Below, one piece after another: positions 52,930 through 55,691 of a stretch of DNA of 55,691 nucleotides (its first letter is position 1; every line of letters starts with the position of its first letter). Both the position numbers and the translations under genes were made by a program. Source of the stretch: an uncultured Methanosarcinales archaeon. Its GTDB lineage: Archaea > Nanobdellota > Nanobdellia > Woesearchaeales > B54-G15. The stretch lies in assembly GCA_964519225.1 (NCBI GenBank), contig CAZFJK010000003.1, positions 5,061 to 60,751 on the forward strand. The letters are read 5' to 3'. Below the pieces are notes generated by a model. The model was not told where the DNA came from. It saw only the letters and a program-made list of their open reading frames with translations, and searched no databases.

Positions 52930-53049
52930 ATGAGAACAATCTTGGTCATTTTAATACTTGTAGCTCTCCTGGTTTTTGTTATTATATTTTACAAACATGT
53001 CGGAGAAGGTGCGAAAAAAATAGCCGAAAGTCTTTTTGGAATGTTTTAA
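52930..53049 (+). CDS. Possible 39-aa single-TM micro-protein
   Basis: My own translation: MRTILVILILVALLVFVIIFYKHVGEGAKKIAESLFGMF*. Fills the gap between two operon genes exactly. Confidence 0.4.
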   Translation: MRTILVILILVALLVFVIIFYKHVGEGAKKIAESLFGMF

Positions 53050-53050
53050 A

Positions 53051-54424
53051 ATGGCATTGAATTGGTTAATCAAATGGATAGCTTTGATACTCACTGCCTT
53101 GCTTATTATTTCTATCTTTTTTGGCGGACCGCATGCTTTTTTTCCAAAGCTGTTTAGAGCAGTGAAAAGCTTGACGAAAGTTGTTAAGATAGGTGCGGAA
53201 GAAATGCGTGCCGAAGAAAAAGAGACTGTTCCAAAAGCAGTAAAAGATTACTTTGATACTCTTTGTTATAAACTTAAGAAGTACAGCAAGACGCGACACA
53301 GAGATTGGCCGGGATGCTATATTTTCTTACCAGACCCGCCTGAAGATATGGGTGGTGCTAAGATTGTATTTCAAAATATGTTGAAGAGAAAGGAGAGCGA
53401 ACTAGGCATTCCTATTGAATATAGTGTTTTGAAGATATCTTTATTTACAAAAGGAGATAAGCTTGTTGACTGGTGTTTGGTAAATCTAAGTAGGATTGCT
53501 GCGGTCGATCCGAAAAGCTTTTTTGAGGATGTTAGGAATTGGAGGGAAAGATGGAGTCCTAGATATAATATTTCGTGTTCTCTTGGTGGAATTGGTGGAG
53601 AATTTATTCTTACAGATAAGCAAAAGATGTGGGATTACAGCTTGGAGGATCACTTTGATGATATTGTTATTTACAGAAGAACACATCTTAAAGGAATACC
53701 GGAAACTAGTTTTTGTTTTTTCCTAACGAAAGATCTTGGCGGAAAAACCGGTAAAAGTTATGAAGGTGTTGCAATAAATGAATGGTTTAGGCATTGGTTT
53801 TTTATCGGGATGACAGGTTATAAGGAGAAATATCCTTTTTTAAGGTGTGAAGAAAATGAACAAACGCTTTGGGAGTTTTATAACGAAAAAGGAAATGATT
53901 TGCTTAACTTGGCGTTGAAATCTAATCTGAGTGCTGAATCGCAAAAAGCTTGTTCAGAGGCTTTTACTTTTTTTGCGCCCATAATTGATTTCTATGGTGA
54001 TATGGTTGATGAAGAAACTATTTGCAGGATTAAATTTAAGCTTATTGGCAGCGAGCTCTGTAGTGGTAATATTGAGCATGCAAAATCTCTTGCCGATCGC
54101 TTTGGCAGTGAATGTAAATTCGATGGCGTGCTGGGAAATTGTTCTGATGAGTTCATTGCAACTTTGAAAAAGGCTGATGGACTTAGCGCAGGAGACTTAA
54201 AAGATGTTTTTATTTTTCTTGATGTGTTTGATGTGATTGATTTCTTTTGGAAAGGAAAAGATGAGCTAAAAGTTCCAGGATTGCTGTCTGAATTGATTGA
54301 GCGAAAAGGTGTTTTTTCAGGGACGGCAGAGAAGTGCGCTGATTATTATTGTAAGACGCATGGCAGCTGGCTTAAATGGGAAAACGAAACACTTTATAAC
54401 AAGATTTGCGGAGGTGTTGTTTGA
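53051..54424 (+). CDS. Hypothetical N-terminally anchored extracytoplasmic protein (457 aa)
   Basis: The ATG at 53051 (MALNWLIKWIALILTALLIISIFFGG) is preferred over the track's TTG at 53036. W- and C-rich ectodomain with no recognised motif. Confidence 0.65.
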   Translation: MALNWLIKWIALILTALLIISIFFGGPHAFFPKLFRAVKSLTKVVKIGAEEMRAEEKETVPKAVKDYFDTLCYKLKKYSKTRHRDWPGCYIFLPDPPEDMGGAKIVFQNMLKRKESELGIPIEYSVLKISLFTKGDKLVDWCLVNLSRIAAVDPKSFFEDVRNWRERWSPRYNISCSLGGIGGEFILTDKQKMWDYSLEDHFDDIVIYRRTHLKGIPETSFCFFLTKDLGGKTGKSYEGVAINEWFRHWFFIGMTGYKEKYPFLRCEENEQTLWEFYNEKGNDLLNLALKSNLSAESQKACSEAFTFFAPIIDFYGDMVDEETICRIKFKLIGSELCSGNIEHAKSLADRFGSECKFDGVLGNCSDEFIATLKKADGLSAGDLKDVFIFLDVFDVIDFFWKGKDELKVPGLLSELIERKGVFSGTAEKCADYYCKTHGSWLKWENETLYNKICGGVV

Positions 54425-54747
54425 TGAAAAAAGGAATGTTGCCTTTGCAATTGGTTGTTTTGATTATAATTTTGTTGGTTGCCTTGGCTGTTGTGATTGT
54501 CTGGTTTACAGGAACTTTTAGAAAGCAGGCAGGAGTAATTGGTGTTGAGCTTAATAAGTTGTATGATTGTGATTGCGACGGCATTAGGAATATGCTCGAT
54601 AAATGTCCATGTATTTATGCAGAAACTGAAAACGGATGTCCTGAAGGTGTTTCTGCTACTGGATGTACGCAGGATCAGATAAGGACATGCAATAAGTACG
54701 GCTATATTCCTGGCGGGCATTGTCCTGCTGCGCCGCCTGAAAAGTAA
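54424..54747 (+). CDS. Small prepilin-like protein carrying a thrombospondin-type-3-like Ca-binding motif (107 aa)
   Basis: ATG at 54424, with GGAGGTG 9 nt upstream: MKKGMLPLQLVVLIIILLVALAVVIVWF. DCDCDGIRNMLDKCPC (54565..54612) matches the DxDxDGxxDxxDxCP logic seen in the giant protein. Confidence 0.65.
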   Translation: MKKGMLPLQLVVLIIILLVALAVVIVWFTGTFRKQAGVIGVELNKLYDCDCDGIRNMLDKCPCIYAETENGCPEGVSATGCTQDQIRTCNKYGYIPGGHCPAAPPEK

Positions 54748-54748
54748 G

Positions 54749-55210
54749 ATGAAAAAAGGAGCAATTCCGTTAAGATTTTTGGTCTCTTTGATTTTAGCTA
54801 TTGTTATTTTTCTTCCTGTTATTCTGATTTTATCAAAGTGTTCTACGCTGACTGCAGAAGGAAAATTGAAGAAAGGCTTGACTGATTTGCTCGAGGCAGC
54901 AAGCAAACTCAAGCCTAGAGAAGTTGATGCTGTTTTGATTTTTATTCCTGCTGGATATGAGATACATTTTGGTGCTGTTGGCTGCAAAGGACTAATATGG
55001 GTAAAGAAAGAAGGTAAGGAAATATTTCGTTTAGAGAAGGATAATGCGCCTTTTAGGGCAAGGATTAAGGATAAAGGAAAGGTTGGCTTTCTTTTTATCA
55101 TGCCAGAAAATACTGATAGATATATCGCATTGCAGATAAGAAAATGGCCTAAAGGAAGTAGTGAAACATTACCAGGCTGCGAGGTTGTAACTATAAATAA
55201 ACAAAAATGA
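54749..55210 (+). CDS. Prepilin-like secreted protein (153 aa)
   Basis: MKKGAIPLRFLVSLILAIVIFLPVILIL (K-G-A + hydrophobic helix). 1 nt after the upstream stop. Confidence 0.65.
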   Translation: MKKGAIPLRFLVSLILAIVIFLPVILILSKCSTLTAEGKLKKGLTDLLEAASKLKPREVDAVLIFIPAGYEIHFGAVGCKGLIWVKKEGKEIFRLEKDNAPFRARIKDKGKVGFLFIMPENTDRYIALQIRKWPKGSSETLPGCEVVTINKQK

Positions 55211-55691
55211 TTGGAAAAAAAGGAGCAAGTGTTTTGATGCTGATTTTTGAGATTTTGGTTGTTGTTGCTGTCTTAAAGGTTATGCTTGATTTTACCTATA
55301 AATCTGCGAACAGCGAATCCAATCAGAGGGTTGTTTTTGCAAGGAATCTTGGTCTTGCGGCTGAAGCTGCTTTTGCATTTGACGGAAATAGTTGGAGCAT
55401 GATAGGCGCATTTCCTGATTTAGAAGAATATAGTTGCGATGTAAAGGAGAATACGGTTGTAGTGAAGCATAGAAATTTTAGCTGGAAAAAGGCAGAGGGA
55501 ACTTTCCATCCTGCTGGAATGTTTAATGTTTTGTGTCCGCTGGAAAGTTCAAAAATTTTGAAGTACGATAATAGGGTTTTGATCGGGCTTCCAGAGGAAG
55601 AGTATTTTCGCAGAGGATATCAGACTTTTACTCAGGATTTTTCTTTGCTTGGGTTTGATGTTAGATCTGAGTGCGATGATGAAAAAGCAGA
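55207..55691 (+). CDS. Prepilin-like secreted protein, partial (3' end runs off the window)
   Basis: Not in the track. My own translation from the ATG at 55207 (ATGA overlap): MIGKKGASVLMLIFEILVVVAVLKVMLDF... stays open to 55691. K-G-A-S-V-L fits the class III signal pattern. Confidence 0.6.
   Translation, partial: MIGKKGASVLMLIFEILVVVAVLKVMLDFTYKSANSESNQRVVFARNLGLAAEAAFAFDGNSWSMIGAFPDLEEYSCDVKENTVVVKHRNFSWKKAEGTFHPAGMFNVLCPLESSKILKYDNRVLIGLPEEEYFRRGYQTFTQDFSLLGFDVRSECDDEKA

Noticed and set aside
54394-55101. 235-aa minus-strand ORF across the pilin-like genes
   Set aside because: It overlaps three tightly coupled plus-strand genes that have SD motifs and clear signal peptides. Its own product is low complexity with no recognisable features.
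1-55691. tRNA, rRNA and C/D-box sRNA genes
   Set aside because: I read all spacers longer than 40 bp (12484..12791, 17912..17984, 18683..18727, 24993..25349, 26145..26200, 29243..29347, 33858..33923, 34722..34818, 35374..35437, 35964..36054, 39201..39254, 44465..44662, 45864..45904, 51378..51502). None has a GTTCRANTC T-loop with matching acceptor stems. The single TGATGA (25119..25124) has no CTGA D box at the right distance. A covariance-model scan would be needed to exclude small ncRNAs fully.

Overview
AT-rich, very gene-dense archaeal chromosome segment. Adjacent genes often overlap by 1-17 nt (frequent ATGA start/stop overlaps), and several convergent genes share stop-codon palindromes. 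The gene content is clearly archaeal: TBP, TFE, MCM, PolD DP1/DP2, Orc1/Cdc6, RFC, FEN1, Hjc, RadB, aIF2-beta, PAN, EndA and RNase P Rpp30. The streamlined layout plus giant Cys-rich surface proteins suggests a small-genome DPANN-like archaeon, but that is inference only. I found no rRNA, tRNA, CRISPR array, transposase or integrase. The core (12.5-45.9 kb) is a replication/information-processing island. It has two LAGLIDADG inteins (in MCM and RFC) and two intergenic regions carrying origin-recognition-box (ORB)-like repeats. One sits upstream of tbp-mcm (three phased near-identical copies); the other is next to the cdc6-polD operon. Both flanks encode unexplained cell-surface systems. At 1-11.8 kb, a 5-gene minus-strand operon encodes 1037-, 659- and 1893-aa Cys-rich secreted proteins plus two small paralogues, several with prepilin-like N-termini. 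At 51.5-55.7 kb, an operon of at least 9 genes is dominated by small prepilin-like proteins, with no assembly ATPase, platform or peptidase in the window. Between them lie a tandem pair of paralogous lipobox proteins and an envelope-biogenesis block. That block holds two STT3/AglB-like membrane proteins lacking WWDxG, a membrane GT2 synthase with QxxRW, and an externally facing membrane-anchored thioredoxin-fold CxxC protein. All functional calls come from reading motifs in the supplied translations and my own translations. No database search or HMM was run.
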